A DNA stretch of 64,000 bases. Source: the human T2T-CHM13v2.0 reference genome, Homo sapiens. The position numbers and the translations under genes are program-made. Below, one piece after another: positions 15,017-27,987 of the stretch. The notes beneath the pieces were generated by a model. That model was given only the letters and a program-made list of their open reading frames with translations, was not told the DNA's origin and ran no database searches. The stretch's first letter is position 1. The number at the start of each line of letters is the position of its first letter. Location: assembly GCF_009914755.1 (NCBI RefSeq), contig NC_060927.1, one strand, 5' to 3'.

Positions 15017-16983
15017 TGGTTTAGGTCTTTAATCTATTTTAAGTTGATTAAGGATCCAATTTTAATTTTTTACATGTGGATATCTGTTTTCTCAACACCA
15101 TTTATTGAAGAGGCTATCATTTCCACATTGTGTATTTTTGGTGCTCTTGTCAAATTAGTTGACCTTAAAAGCATGGGTTTATTTCTGGGCTCTCATTTCT
15201 CTTCTGTTAGTCTATGTGTCTGTATTTATGTCAGTACCATACTGTTTCAATTACTAGAGCTTTGTAATAAAATTTGAAATCAGGAAGTGTTACTGCCTCT
15301 AGATTTGTTCTACTTGCTTAAGATTGCTTTAGCTATTGAGTTTTTAGTAATTCTATACAAATTTTAGGATTGTTTCATCTATTTTTATCATAAATGCCAT
15401 TGTACTTTTGACAGTGATTACTTTGAATCTATAAATTGCTTTACATAATACAAATATTTGAAAATGTTAATTCTTCCAATCTGTGAGCATAGGATATCTT
15501 TTCATTTATTTATGTCTTCTTCAATTTCTTTCATCAATGTTTTATAGTTTTCATCATACCTGTTTGGTTAAAATTATTCCTAAGTATCTTATTCTTTTTG
15601 ATGCTATTGTAAATGGCATTATTCTCTCAATTTCTGTTTTGTGTAGCTTGTTCTTAGTGTGTAGAAACACAGTGGAATTTGTATGTTAATTTTGAAAAAA
15701 ATACACTATATTTTTGTATATTTTTGTAGATGCTCCAGAAAGGGATTTTTCTATTTTTGGACTAGTATCAGATCTTGAACTGGACTCAAATGTTAGAAAT
15801 GAGAAGAATGATTGAAATCATTTCTCTCTCTCATCTCCAGTCTGAGATGGTCTTGCTATTTTGATATTTGTGTTGCTTTTGTTGTTGCATTATATTTGTT
15901 GAAATATTTAGACCATAAATACATTTATTGTCTTTCCATCTCATTATCTGTCTCGTGTATTGCAAGGGGAATCTGATAACTGTTATATTCCTGGTAAACT
16001 ATTAATCATAAAAGTTTTGAGCTGCCACATAAAACAATTAAAACATTCATGTTCATACATATAATCTTCTGTCACTTCAGGTATTTTTTATAGGTGAGAG
16101 TGATAAGCCTAGTGTTCAACTATTGAAAACTAATGAACAAACTGTAATACTACATTTATATAATTATTATTTTCTATGGGGCCACATAGGTTGTTTGGGT
16201 CCATAGAAAATGTGCTGGGAAGAGAATCTTAAAAGTATCAAAGTCTTACAGATTGGTTTTGATTTCTTTCTAGTATCTTTCACTTCTGAGTCTTACTCAG
16301 TTGTTACTGCTTCTTATCACCGACATTACTCTCTTTATTATATTTTTCTGTTGGTGGAGTCTCTCCTTGATTAATTCTAGTCACAGAGAGCGAAGGGGCG
16401 CAATTTCTGATTTTTTTTTTTTCATGCTTGAAAATTATTTGATTATCCCTTTACACATAATAGGATGATATTTCAGATGTTTATATATGTTTATCAGTTT
16501 ATATTTTATTTCCCCCATCCCATTGCAACCCTGAAGACACTGTTTTCTAACATAAAATTTTGCCTTTGTTGATAAGAACTCTAATAGTTGTTGGATTATT
16601 GGTATTTTGTGGAAAATCTGTTTTTTCATAAAGGCCTTTAGGATTTTCTCTTCCCACTTGAATTTCTGAAACTTCACAGTGATATAACTAAGTTTAAGTC
16701 TAACTTTCATACTGCATCACACTCTCCGTGGACACTCCACCCGAAGACATGAATGTCCTTTTCAAGAAAATTTCTATTAGTTCATTTTCTCTTCTCCTCC
16801 ATTATCTTTGTTATTTCCTTGTACAGAATTTCTGTTTTATCTCTGGGATCCCCAGGTCATTTAAATTGTGTTTATAATTTTTCTGTTATCTTTTCTCAAA
16901 ATATGGGGAGATTTCCTTGACTGTTTATCCTCTAAGTTACTAGTTTGGTATTTATTACTGTCTATTTTATTATTTTCAAAATC

Positions 16984-17470
16984 TGTGAAGGGTTTGAGAT
17001 TTTAATTTACTTTCAGAGGAACAAGTTAGCCTCCCATAGTTTCATGAATACTGGAAGAAGACATGAGACTCTTGAATCAGAGAAAAATGATTTATTACTC
17101 ACAGTATAGCGGCCAGTATGATAATCTAATTATTATGTCAGTTCTGTTGCCTCTGAGTCACGCAGGGTGGCAAGGATGAGCCCAGATACTTGCTCAAGAA
17201 TTGCAACCAAGAAATCCCAAGCTTAGAGAACTAAAATATTTTAAGATGGATATGAAGCATGCCTTCCTTCTACTCCAGAGATAAACACTATGTGTATCTT
17301 CTAAGGCTTTAAGCAAACCTGGCCTTCATTGTGGAGGAACACTATCACTATTTTCCAAGACTTTTTACTATTCGAGTATTCTTGGAAAGACAGTCTGAAA
17401 CAAAATTAATAAGTGCCTTGCTTCATAAGACATTCAGAGATAAGAGACACTCAACAAGAACCTCCTAACC
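16984..17470 (-). mobile_element. LTR40-like ERVL solo LTR
   Basis: Reverse complement ends ...gtgagtaataaaatcatttttctctgattcaagagtctcatgtcttcttccagtattcatgaaactatgggaggctaacttgtt...aaaatctcaaacccttcaca, as in LTR40. Confidence 0.7.
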
Positions 17471-17659
17471 GTTAATATGTCTAGACTTTATGTTTTTTTT
17501 TTTAATTTTGGAAATAATATTTTTTAGTTTTCAGGATCCAATATTTCCTTTCTGCTTGATACATTTTTACAAGTCTGCTTTTGGGGAAGTGGAAAAGTAC
17601 AATGTATTTTCTAAGGTGATTAACCCTAAGGTGATTTTTAAAAGTTATCTTCTATTTTC

Positions 17660-17826
17660 TAGGTCAGTGCTTCATAAACTTTTCTGTGCATGTGTCTTCT
17701 TGAGTATTTGTTTAAATGCAGATTCGGAATTAGTGGGCTTTGGATGGGCTTGAGATGGTAAACTTTTAATAAGATGCTAGTGATGCAATGCTGTTGGTCT
17801 TTGGGCAGCTATTTTGACTATCAGGG
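17660..17826. mobile_element. MER5-like hAT-Charlie MITE
   Basis: cagtgcttcataaacttt...aaatgcagattc...tgatgcaatgctgttggtc. Confidence 0.55.
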
Positions 17827-18059
17827 ATTTATTACCTTTGTTTCCTCAGGAACCAGTTCTATTTGTTTACGTTAGTTTAGCTTTTCATACTTTTTTTTCA
17901 TAAATCTATTGTTGTCCATATTTCCAAGTGGAGGTCTCAGACAAATAATATGAATGTCTGGTTTATCTAAGCACAAGTGGCAGTCATTTCATCGAAGCCC
18001 TCTCCATGAGAGAACTGGCTTTGGATTCCTTCTCAGAAAAGAGAAGTTTCTCAGAGGAT

Positions 18060-18335
18060 AATGAAGTAAAGACCTCCAACAATCTGTTGCTCTGCGACAG
18101 CAATAAGCATACTGGCAAAAACTGCCAAATTCATCTTTTTAGGAACTCAGCATATACAAAGGCTTGCGACAATCCAAGAAGCATATATTTAAGAAAAACA
18201 GCTGCATTTCAAGAACAACAGCCAGCTTTGTAGCATTTTAATGTGCTGTTTTCATCATCTTCTTCCCAGCTCTGTGATAGCTCTGAAAACCATCATCCCT
18301 GCAAACGTAGTGAAAGCCAGCAACCTAGAAGTCGG
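18060..18335 (+). mobile_element. Old L1M 5'-region fragment
   Basis: caaaggcttgcgacaatccaagaagcatatatttaagaaaaacagctg...gctttgtagcattttaa resembles L1M3/L1M4 5' regions. Confidence 0.5.
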
Positions 18336-18698
18336 CCTTGGTCTGTTTAGGCTATTACACAATACCATAGAGTGAGTATCACATAAACAATGGAAATGTA
18401 TGTTTCACAGTTCTGAAGGCTGAGAAATCCAAGATCAAAGTGCCAGAAGATTCAGTGTCTGGCAAGGGACTGATTTCTGTGTCATAGATGGCCATCTTCT
18501 TACTGTGTCCTCAGATGGTGGAAGGGGTGAGGGAACTCTACAGAGTCTCTTTTATAAGAGCACGAATCCCATTCACAATGGCTCCACTGTCATGATCCAG
18601 TCATGTCCCCTAGGCCCCCGCCTTCTAATACCATCCCATTGGGGGTTTGAATTTCAACATTTGAATTTTAGAGGGACACAAACATTCTGTCCTTGTCA
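18336..18698 (-). mobile_element. MLT1A-like MaLR solo LTR
   Basis: tcacagttctgaaggctgagaaatccaagatcaaagtgccag...cttttataagagcacgaatcccattcac...tttcaacatttgaattttagagggacacaaacattc. Confidence 0.8.
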
Positions 18699-20490
18699 TA
18701 TAACTGGAGGGGGGACAATTGTTTTGGATTCCCCCCAAAGTTAACATTCACATTGTCATTATTTGATCTTTCTGGCTAAATGAACTTTGCGAAAATGACA
18801 AAAAACATGTATTTCCCATAGCAGGGTGGCAATGGTTTTTGTTTAATCATGGACTTTGATATGTAATTTTTTTTAAATTTCTTCTCTGGTTGATAGGTCT
18901 GTAATAAGTTTATTCTTCAAACATTTATTTATGGTACACATAAATGACAGATATTACACTAGGGGATTTTCTGATATTGAGAAATCACTTTCCAATAATA
19001 CTATGTATTTTAAAAGTTGTAACATACATAGAAACATACAACTTACCCAATAAAATGCTAAAATAAGACAAATATAACACAAACTTTGTAAATGTACCCA
19101 AACTCACTCTAAAGTTTTAGTGTCTCAGACGGTTTTAGATGAAATTTTACTAGACTCATCAGATTAATTTTTCCTTTAGTATTTTGATAAACTGAGACTA
19201 GATCAAAGAATAAAATTAGCTGACACAATTTTATATTATTAAAACATACATGAAAAACTCTGGCATTTTATTAAAAAACTTTGCGAATTCCTGAATCTGA
19301 TATTCACCTTTCATATATTCACAACTGGCAAATGCCTAGTTTTAAATAACACATTTGTGTGTGACCTTTTAAGAAAATTACCAATGTCTTTGTTTAGAGT
19401 GCAGAGGGCATGGATTTCACAGAGCATTTCCCACTAAATGGAGTATATGACTCCAATTTCATAGCCATGTTGTCAGGAAGTGGCACTTCATTAAGATAAT
19501 GTGACCTTTAGAATATTCTTCCAACCTTTTACTATGTCTTTGGTAGTGGGATTTGTACTTTAATTTCTGTAGCTTTTTGATAAGTTGGAAATAAAAAGTA
19601 ATTGAAAGCTACATTTTTTATTTCACTTCAACTATACATTGAGTGTGGGTTTTTCCCCCTAAAATGGCAAAAAATGTCAGGTAAAGGATTTTTGTTCAAA
19701 TGAGGGATTATCTGCCAGGAAAATATCTTTTAGAGTTAAAATCAAATTGGCAAGTTTATACCTATTGTGGAAAGGAAGAAAGGGAGAAAATGGCTATGTA
19801 GAAAGAAAGCAAAAATTGTTCTTTTTTTCTACTGCATTTTCAAAAAAGTTGAGGAAGGCCCCCAAAGCCCTTTTTCTTGTGTTGTGATGACAGTGAGATA
19901 ATGTTTTCGGTGTGCTTGCTGTGGCAACTTGAAATTGTTTGTTCATTTGAAGCCATCATTGAAAGTAGAGATTTAACTTCTAAAACCATTTTTTTTTTTT
20001 TTTTTGTGGTGAAGTCAAAGTAAGCAATTAAAGGAAAGAGGAAAGGAGATTATTGTTCTGGTTAGACTTGAAGTAGCATTTCTCAGGAACCATTTATGCA
20101 TCATTTGGTTTACTTATAGGATTGAATTTTATGATCGGAATTGAGTTTTTCAATGAATATCTTAAAATATATTTACAGCTAAGTATTGTTTTATTTTAAT
20201 ATGTGGATACTCTTAGGTTTCAGAGCATGTATTTCTTAATCAGTTCTTTGGCAACTGTAACATTAAGGTTCTCTTTTTAATATATTTGAAATGGAGCATT
20301 CATAATACACCCTGGGAGTGGCTGCATTAGGTGAAATCACAGAACCATATGGTGGCCTGAAAGCTGCATAGGGAGTTTGTGATTCTTTTACTAGATATGT
20401 TGCTTTAGACAAACCACTTAGTTTCCTAAGCTTTATTTTCTCTATTAGAAAAATAACAGTATAAATTAGGGATGTAATCAGTTGCAAATA

Positions 20491-20903
20491 CAGTAGTCTC
20501 CCTTTATCCATGGGGATACATCCTAAGAGCCCTCCGCCAGTGGATGCCTTTAACCTTGAATAGTACTCAACCCCACAGATATTTTTTTTTTCCTAGAATC
20601 AGCCAGGATCCACTGATTATCTGCCTCAGGTAATCCTGGCTCATCAAGCCATGATGATCTTGATGATTTAGTATTGGAACAAATGATATTGATGACTAAG
20701 AGGTGGGTAGCTTATACAGCATGGATATGCTAGACCAAGGGATTATTCACACACTGGGTAAATGGAAGTGGGACAGATCAAGATTTCATCATGCTACCCA
20801 GAATGGTGAGCTATTTGAAATTTATATGTTTAGATAACATTTGACCCGACTGTAGGTAACTGAAACCAGGGAAAGTAAAACCAGAGATAAGGAAGAGTTT
20901 TTG
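20491..20903. mobile_element. MER44/Tigger7-family DNA transposon
   Basis: TIR-like cagtagtctccctttatcc at the left end and gtaactgaaaccagggaaagtaaaaccagagataagg at the right; TA flanks. Confidence 0.7.
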
Positions 20904-21353
20904 TAACAGAAAACCTGTGTATAGAGGCCTAAAAAATAGACGCAGACTTTTCTAAGCCAGGATGTGTATAGTGCAAGGTAGTCTGGCCTGGCCAGCCAAT
21001 GCTATCGTCAGGACTCCATCCTTTGTATCCCCTCTATTTGAGACTGTAGCACCATGGCCACAAGAGAGCTGTTAAACCTCTAAGGGTTTTGTCCACATTC
21101 CAGGTAAGGGGAAAAGAAATACCAGAGTTTTTTCCTGATGAGGTTTTATCCTTTAATAAAAAAGGGGATTGATCCCTAGCTGACTTCTCTCTGTACCTCA
21201 TTAACCAGAATTCTGTCACATAACCTCCCATAGCTGCAAGAGAGTCAGAAAAATCAAGCATTAAGCTCTCTGGATTCTGTAATAGAGGAAGACAAGAGAG
21301 AAAGTAGTTGAGAAAGGGTGTTGATTAATCTGTAATATGGACCGCAATTAAAT

Positions 21354-22160
21354 ACAGCAAGTTCTCAAATGTTGTTTTGTTTAATATTGTTTTGTTATAA
21401 TGTTGTTGTGAAAAAAATAATAATCCCCAGCTGGGGCCACTCTTTGTGTGGAGTCTGCACATTTTTTTTCCATGTCTGCGTGGGTTTTCTCCAGGTACTC
21501 TGATTACCTCCCAAATTCCAAAGATGTGCACGTTAGGATAATTGGTGTGTATAAATGGTCCCAGTCTAAGTAAGCATGGTTGTGTGTGTGTGAGTGTGCC
21601 CTGGGATGAAGTGGCATCCTGTCCAGTGGTGGTTTCCACCTTGTGACCCAACTGCCGGGATAGGCTCTGGCAACCCGTGATACTGAGCTGGAATAATTGG
21701 GTAAATAATTATCTTACTTGATTGAATAATCTTTATTATTTATTTATTTAATTATTTTTGAGACAGAGTTTCACTCTTGTTGCCCAGGCTGGAGTGCAGT
21801 GGCGTGATCTCAGCTCACTGCAGCCTCTGCCTCCTGGGTTCAAACAGTTCTCCTGCTCAGCCTCCCGAGTAGCTGGGATCACAGGGACGCACCACCACGT
21901 CTAGCTAATTTTTGAATTTTTAGTAGAGACAGGGTTTTGCCATGTTTAAAAATGCATTTAATGCTCACATTTATTTCAATGTTTAATATTAGAAGTGTTT
22001 TGGGTCTTCATTTCAAAGTTTGATGTTTTCTGACCAGAAATATACTGTGGGGCTATTGTTTTTATCAATTCACTCATGGGAAAACTGGTTTCATTATGCA
22101 GTTTTGCTTAAAGTCCCAGTTTCTGAAACCCTATTGATGATGTTAGTTGAGGAATTACCA
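21354..22160 (+). mobile_element. MER6/MER6A (Tigger-type) element with an inserted Alu
   Basis: cagcaagttctcaaatg...gtgtggagtctgcac...catgtctgcgtgggttttctccaggtactc; right end gatgatgttagttgaggaattacc. Confidence 0.75.
21733..21945 (-). mobile_element. 5'-truncated AluS inside MER6
   Basis: (TTTA)n tail, right arm and linker, ending at gggttttgccatgtt. Confidence 0.9.
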
Positions 22161-22239
22161 TACTATAAAGGTAAAGTTTTTCTAAATGTAACAGATTAAG
22201 GTTATAGAAATAGTATCAATTTAGGTGAAATGAATTAAT

Positions 22240-22672
22240 ATTACCATTATATTTTATTATGACCACATCTAATTGAGAGTGTTATCTTCAGTTATGAGTG
22301 CACATAAGAGTTAATGTAGCTTCAAAACTATGTCAGCAGGATGTGAGTTGTGTTGACAAAATGTCATGTATCGATAAGATGAAAAAACTAGGGTTGTTTT
22401 ACTTGAAGAATAAAAAAAATAATAGAGGCATAAGAGCTGCACACTTATTTGAAGAAGGAAATATACTTAGTATGGGTTAATAAAGCTAGCATTAGTGAGG
22501 AAGACAGATATTGGGTCAGTATAAAAGTATTTCTTAAGAACCAGGGATGTAAACTCCTCTTTCAGTTCAATAAGAAATGGCATAAAAAATTTACTGGGTC
22601 CTGTAGATTGAGGATGGGAAATTTTCATAGATGATGTGTATGGTCCCATCCAACCTTAAGATTTGAAGATTC
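22240..22672 (+). mobile_element. Possible L3/CR1 3' fragment
   Basis: gatgaaaaaactagggttgttttacttgaagaa and ggtcccatccaaccttaagatttgaagattct resemble the CR1/L3 3' end. Confidence 0.45.
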
Positions 22673-22717
22673 TTTTCATTTACACTTAGAGCCAAATATG
22701 GGTAATTCTTCCATAAT

Positions 22718-23243
22718 GTATTAGTTTTCTATTGCTGCATAACAAATGAACACAAACTTAGTGGGTTAAACAATACCCATTTATTATGTCAGTTTCCATG
22801 GGTCAGGAGTCTAGGCATAGCTTTGAGGGGTCTCCTGTCCTGAAACCCAGGGTTTCACAAGGCAACATTCAAGTCTGGACAGGCTGCATTTCTCTCCAGA
22901 GCTCACAGACCTGTGGAGGTGGTTATTGGCAGGATTCAGTTTCTTGTGGTTATAGAACTGAGCCTCTCAGCTCCTAGAGGTCACAGGTAGTCCCCTGTTC
23001 CATAGCTTCTGCACTGGCAGTCAGTATCATAGCAACTTTCTTCTTCAAGGTCAGCAGAAGAGTCTCTCGATCAGTTAGCTAAGGCAGAGGTTTAGATAAC
23101 ATAATCTAACCATGGGCGCAACATCCTTTGTCATATTCTGTTATTTAGAAGCTAATTACACTTATGGAGAAGGGATTATACAAAGGTGTGGACTTTAGGA
23201 GGTGAAAATTCTTGGGAGTCACTGTAGGGTCTGGTTGTCACAA
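22718..23243 (-). mobile_element. MLT1E/F-like MaLR solo LTR
   Basis: tgtattagttttctattgctgcataacaaat...gggattatacaaaggtgtggac...gtcaca. Confidence 0.75.
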
Positions 23244-23383
23244 ATGGTACTTGGGATTGAATTCTGAAGTACAGTGAAGGTAAAGCGTGACTGTGGCTTT
23301 CCCACGTCCATTTGGCTACAAAGCTTAATTAAGAACCAACTGAACACATAAAGAGGAAGCCTAACGAAAGCAGAAGAGGCATT

Positions 23384-23881
23384 TGCCGAGACCAGCTCGG
23401 CTGGGGAGACCCTCAACCAGTGGTGCTAGAGGAATTAAAGACACACACACAGGAATATAGAGGTGTGGAGTGGGAAGTCAGGGGTCTCGCAACCTTCAGA
23501 GCTGAGAGCTTCCAACAGAGATTTACCTATGTCTTTATTAACAGCAAGCCAGTGATAAGCATTGTTTCTATAGATTATAGATTAACTAGAAGTATTCCTT
23601 ATGGGAAATAAAGGGATGGGTCTGGCTAGTTATCTGCAGCAGGAGCATGTCCTTAAGGCACAGATCACTCATGCTATTGTTTGTGGTTTAAGAACATCTT
23701 TCAGTGGTTTTCCGCCCTGAGTGGGCCAGGTGTTCCCTGCCCTCATTCCAGTAAACTCACAACCTTCCAGGTGGGTGTCATGGCCATCATGAACATGTCA
23801 CAGTGCTGCAGAGATTTTATTTATGGCAAGTTTTGGGGCCAGTTTATGGCCAGATTTTGTGGGGGGGCCTGTTTCCCAACA
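23384..23881 (-). repeat. 3' LTR (MER9)
   Basis: Reverse complement TGTTGGGAAACAGGCCCCCCC...GAGCTGGTCTCGGCA; polypurine tract (aaagaaggagaaca) adjacent at 23882-23895. Confidence 0.95.
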
Positions 23882-23955
23882 TGTTCTCCTTCTTTGATTT
23901 GCAAAGTGATAAAAGCAAAGGCAGCTTTGTCATGGTGAGCTACTTCTTGGAGGAG

Positions 23956-24902
23956 TCAGGATCCACATCTGCAGACTATACAAAGACAAACAACACAGAT
24001 TAAAATCACAATCATCATTGAAATCCCAGAGCTTCCAAGTGTTTTTATCCATTTTAATGGGTTACTAGCTGCTAATCTGTCTGCAGCCCCTTCAAGCACT
24101 CCAGTTCCTGGCATTAAGGTCAGGTGTACCTGGGATGTTTTAAATATTTGTTCTTTTAATATTTTGCAATATCCAAAAACAAGTTTGTAGAGTGTCCTTC
24201 TAGATACTTTTTTATTCTTTCCCAAATTTTGATCTTATTAAGAGCTGTTAATAGTTTCCACAAATCTTTAGGTTTAGCTCCTGTAAAGGGCCATATCATT
24301 TGAGGTTGAGGTGCCACTATACTGCCATGGTTCCAGATATAGGAACTCTTGCTGTATTTCTTGTCATTTCTACCATCTGACCATTTTGTTCAGACCAGCT
24401 TAACATAGTGTGGCCGTGGCATGCAAACCGAGAGGTGCAATTCAAGCTAAACATCCCCTTAGGGGACCAATCAATAATGATTCCATAGGAATTGTTGTGC
24501 AGCACCTCTGCCTGTTCTGCAATGTGATCTTCCTAAATAAGTACGTTCATTTTTTCTGAACAGGTTCAATTTTGTTTACAAATAGGTTTTTGAGGGCGGT
24601 ATGCCTCAATTTTAGGAGCAGATTTATTATGGTAAGTACTGAGATCAGAAAGCATGTGTAACTATGTCATAGAGTGATTACATCCAGGCATTATTGCCAG
24701 CCAAGATTGATAAATATGCCCAATAAGTATAATTGTTCTCTGTGTCAGCCTTTGTTGTAGGAATACTCATGGCAATGGTGATCACCGCTATCATAGCTAC
24801 CATTAAATTCCTCATTGTGAATTGTTGTCCCGCTTTCCTCAGGTTTTCTTCCGCCATCTGTGACAGCTTCTTGATCCTCCCCAGGTGGTTGGCTGTGTTC
24901 AA
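23956..24902 (-). pseudogene. HML-3 env remnant (signal peptide, part of SU, TM C-terminus), broken
   Basis: Peptides [41 protein letters not shown] and a hydrophobic TM (MIVILICVVCLCIVCRCG), spread over several frames. Confidence 0.85.
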
Positions 24903-25039
24903 TGGGTGTTGCTTGTGACAGTTGGGATCCTCCTCAGCATCAGCCTCAGCATGGCTGCAACCAGGGGGTCCTCGAGATCCTCCTGGAATGTCTGCCTCAG
25001 CATCTGGCTCATGATAAGGTTTCAGGTGTCTTGACAGTA

Positions 25040-26150
25040 TCCAAATTGGCTGTTGATTCAGCCCTGGAGAAACACAAGCATAACCTCTGCCCCAAGTTAT
25101 TATTTTACCTATTTCCTAACTTTCTGTTATACAAAGTGAGAAAAGGTGTCCACACATACATGTAACATGTGTGACATCCGTTTGCCAAAGAGAATTAGGT
25201 TCCAATCCTCGAGGATTAACTCCTCCCGTAAAACATGAGGAATGTACCATTTGGCAAGTTGGGCATCGCTGGATAATAGCTTAACTTCTTTCCAGGTAAT
25301 GCTGTATCTGCATTTGAGACCAGAGGCATTAACATGGGTTAAATTGTGAAAATGTCTCGCATTAGATATTGCATTAGCAACTAGGCAATCAGCCATTTGA
25401 TTCCCTTAAGTCAAAGTTCCTGGAAGAGGTGTATGAGCCCAAAGTGAGTGATGTAAAAAGGGTGCATTCTACTGCTAACTATTGTTTGCAATTTGGTAAA
25501 TAAAGTCATCAGTTGTTCATCTGTATGAAATCGTAACTGAGCATTTTCAATTAACTGTGTGGAATGAACCACGTATGAAGAATCAGAACTCACATTCATA
25601 GGCATATTAAAAGCAGCCAATACCTCAATTACAGCTACAAGCTCCGCTTTTTGAGCTGAAGTATAGGGCATCTGGAAAACTTTACTTTTTAAGCCAGAAT
25701 AAGAAGCTTTACTGTTGCTAGACCCATCTGTAAAACAATGAAAATGCTTAGCAGGCTTCAGGTTGTTTACCGCTGGAATTGTAAATGCAAACCATTCACA
25801 GTCTTGCTCATCTAAAGGGATAGTAAAGAAACAGTCTTTTAAATCTATGACTATTAAGGGCCAATTTTTTGGAATTATAGCAGGAGAAGGCAATCCTGGC
25901 TGTAATGCTCCCGTGGGTTGTATAACTGAATTGATAGCTCTTAAGTCAGTTAACATTCTCCATTTACCTCATTTTTTCTTAATTTCGAAAACTGGAAAAT
26001 TCCAAGGGGAAAATGTTGGAGCTATGTGCTCATTTTCTAATTGTTCACTAACTAATCCTCTAAAGCCTACAGTTTCTCTTCACTTAGCAGCCATTGTTCT
26101 ATCCAAATTGGCTTATCTGTTAACCATTTTAAAGGTATAGGTTCTGGATG
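25040..26150 (-). pseudogene. HML-3 pol remnant (RT N-terminus fused to RNase H; partial integrase)
   Basis: [28 protein letters not shown] and [10 protein letters not shown] run directly into FTDGSS...[10 protein letters not shown]...SDSSY. Integrase HFHNLTHVN and VHVCVDTFS; no YMDD. Confidence 0.92.
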
Positions 26151-27000
26151 CTTAACAATGGCCACTATCAAAAATGATATCTTAAACCTTGGTGGGAACT
26201 TTGTCTTTCCCCTTGAAGCGGTTCCTTCAAACCTTGCAAATTTTTTCCTAGTCCCCTAACAGGGACATACCCCATTTCATGCATCATATGTTGACTTTGA
26301 GGGCTGTATAACTGCTCTGGAATTATAACTTGTACTCCCCATTGTTGTAATAAATCTCCCTCATAAACTTATAGGTACAGAAGTTATAATTGGTTGAATA
26401 GTTCCAGGTTGTCCATCGGGCCCTTCACAATGCAAAATATAACTACTTTGATATACTTCGGGGGCTTTACCAACTCCAACTATGTTAAATTGAGCAGGTT
26501 GAATTGGCCACACGGATAGCCAGTGCTGTAGAGAAATGATTGAAATGTCCTCCTGTATCTACCAAACCCTTAAATTTCTTTCCCTGAATAGTTATTTCAC
26601 AGGTAGGACATTTATCAGTAATTTGGTTCACCCAATAAGCTGCTTTTCCTTGTTTATTTGTGCTTCCAAATCCTCCTGTTCGTTTAATTTCACTTTTTCC
26701 CATTCTCGCATACGGCACAATCAGGAGCTGTGCTATACGCTCTCCTGGCCCTGCTTTCCAGGGAACAGAAGTAGATATAACAATTTGAATTTCCCCATTG
26801 TAATCTGAGTCAATGAATCCTGTGTGTATTTGTACCCCTTTCAAATTTAAACTAGACCTTCCTAGAAGTAATCATATCATTCCCTCTGGCAAGGGTCCAC
26901 AGACTCCTGTTGGGACCTTTTGCAGGGGTTCCCCAGGCAGAAGGCTCACAGCTTTTGTACAGCATAAATCTACTGCAGCACTACTGGCTGTGGCAGGGGG
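26150..27000 (-). pseudogene. HML-3 dUTPase-protease (pro) remnant
   Basis: GFIDSDYNGEIQI, GERIAQLLIVPY, RTGGFGST (dUTPase motifs) and GLVDTG (aspartic protease), followed by a frameshift. Confidence 0.9.
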
Positions 27001-27049
27001 CAGACATTGTACAGGGGTGAGGGAATGGCCTCAGTCGGAAATGCCCCAG

Positions 27050-27833
27050 TTTGGAATGGGGCCTGGGCCAGGCTCCTCATGGCGTTTCCCGAAATCGGGT
27101 TCCCATCTTTATCAAACTTAGAGTGACACTGATTAGCCCATTGTTTTCCTTTTTTACATTTTGGACATATTTCAGGCTCAGCGGTTTTCTATTTTCCCCT
27201 ATCCGGTGGCCTGACTCGCTGAGTTTTTCTACATTCTTTTTTAGTACGACCATGCTTCCCACAGTTAAAACAAGCTCCAGGAAACAAAGTATTTCCTTTA
27301 TCCACTCTCAGTCCTGCCATTGCCTGTGCCAACAAAGTAGCTTTATGCAGATTACCTCCAGTACCATCACAGGCCTTGATATAATCAACTAAATGTGCTT
27401 TCCTGAATTTAAAAGAAAAAGGACCAAATGTAGCTATAATATTTCCCTGTTGATCTGGGCGGTGTATTCTAACAGGGGACTGCCAAGCCTCTATATCACC
27501 CTCTTGTCTAGCTTGCTGAATTCCTGCCTGAATAGAACTGAGAGTGGTCGCCAAAGGTGCTGCTCGAATAGTCACTGAGGCAACTACTTTTTGCCCAGTG
27601 TCCTCCGGAAAAGAAAGATCTGGAGGGTCCGGCCGCTCTTTTTCTTCAAAATAATAATGAGGGGGTACAGAAGGGTAGGGATGAACCTCTCCCTCCTTTG
27701 CCACTTTAGCATTAGCTGGCAAACAAACCTGCTCTGTAACCTCTTCTGTTACTTGGTTATACTCTCCTTCCTTCTTATCATTAGTGTGAAAAGTTTCCAA
27801 AGTGGAATGAACCAGAGCCCACACTTGTCCCAT
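27050..27833 (-). pseudogene. HML-3 gag remnant (214-aa internally deleted ORF at 27189-27833; second zinc knuckle out of frame)
   Basis: MGQ start, YPSVPP, DYIKACDGTGG (capsid C-terminus), CFNCGKHGRTKKEC (zinc knuckle with His replaced by Arg). Confidence 0.9.
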
Positions 27834-27966
27834 TGTTACCCTGATGCTTCTGAGCTCCCCTTCTTACTCACCATGGGAATTGCTTTAAGAGTACTCAGGT
27901 GTCCTACAGCTTAGTTTTCCACATTCTCCAACCATCTCTCCGGTGACCCTTCAACCTGGATTCGAG

Positions 27967-27985
27967 CCCCCACGTATGGGTGCCA
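27967..27985 (-). promoter_or_regulatory. tRNA-Lys primer-binding site
   Basis: TGGCACCCATACGTGGGGG 2 nt downstream of the 5' LTR; close to the Lys PBS TGGCGCCCAACGTGGGGC. Confidence 0.85.
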
Positions 27986-27987
27986 CT

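Noticed and set aside
18006-18233. 75-aa ATG ORF with natural-looking composition
   Set aside because: It overlaps an old L1M 5'-region fragment; no recognisable protein family or supporting splice structure.
25411-25956. RT/RNase H ORF as an active reverse transcriptase or novel retron-like system
   Set aside because: It lacks the YMDD catalytic core and lies inside a decayed HML-3 provirus with frameshifts on both sides.
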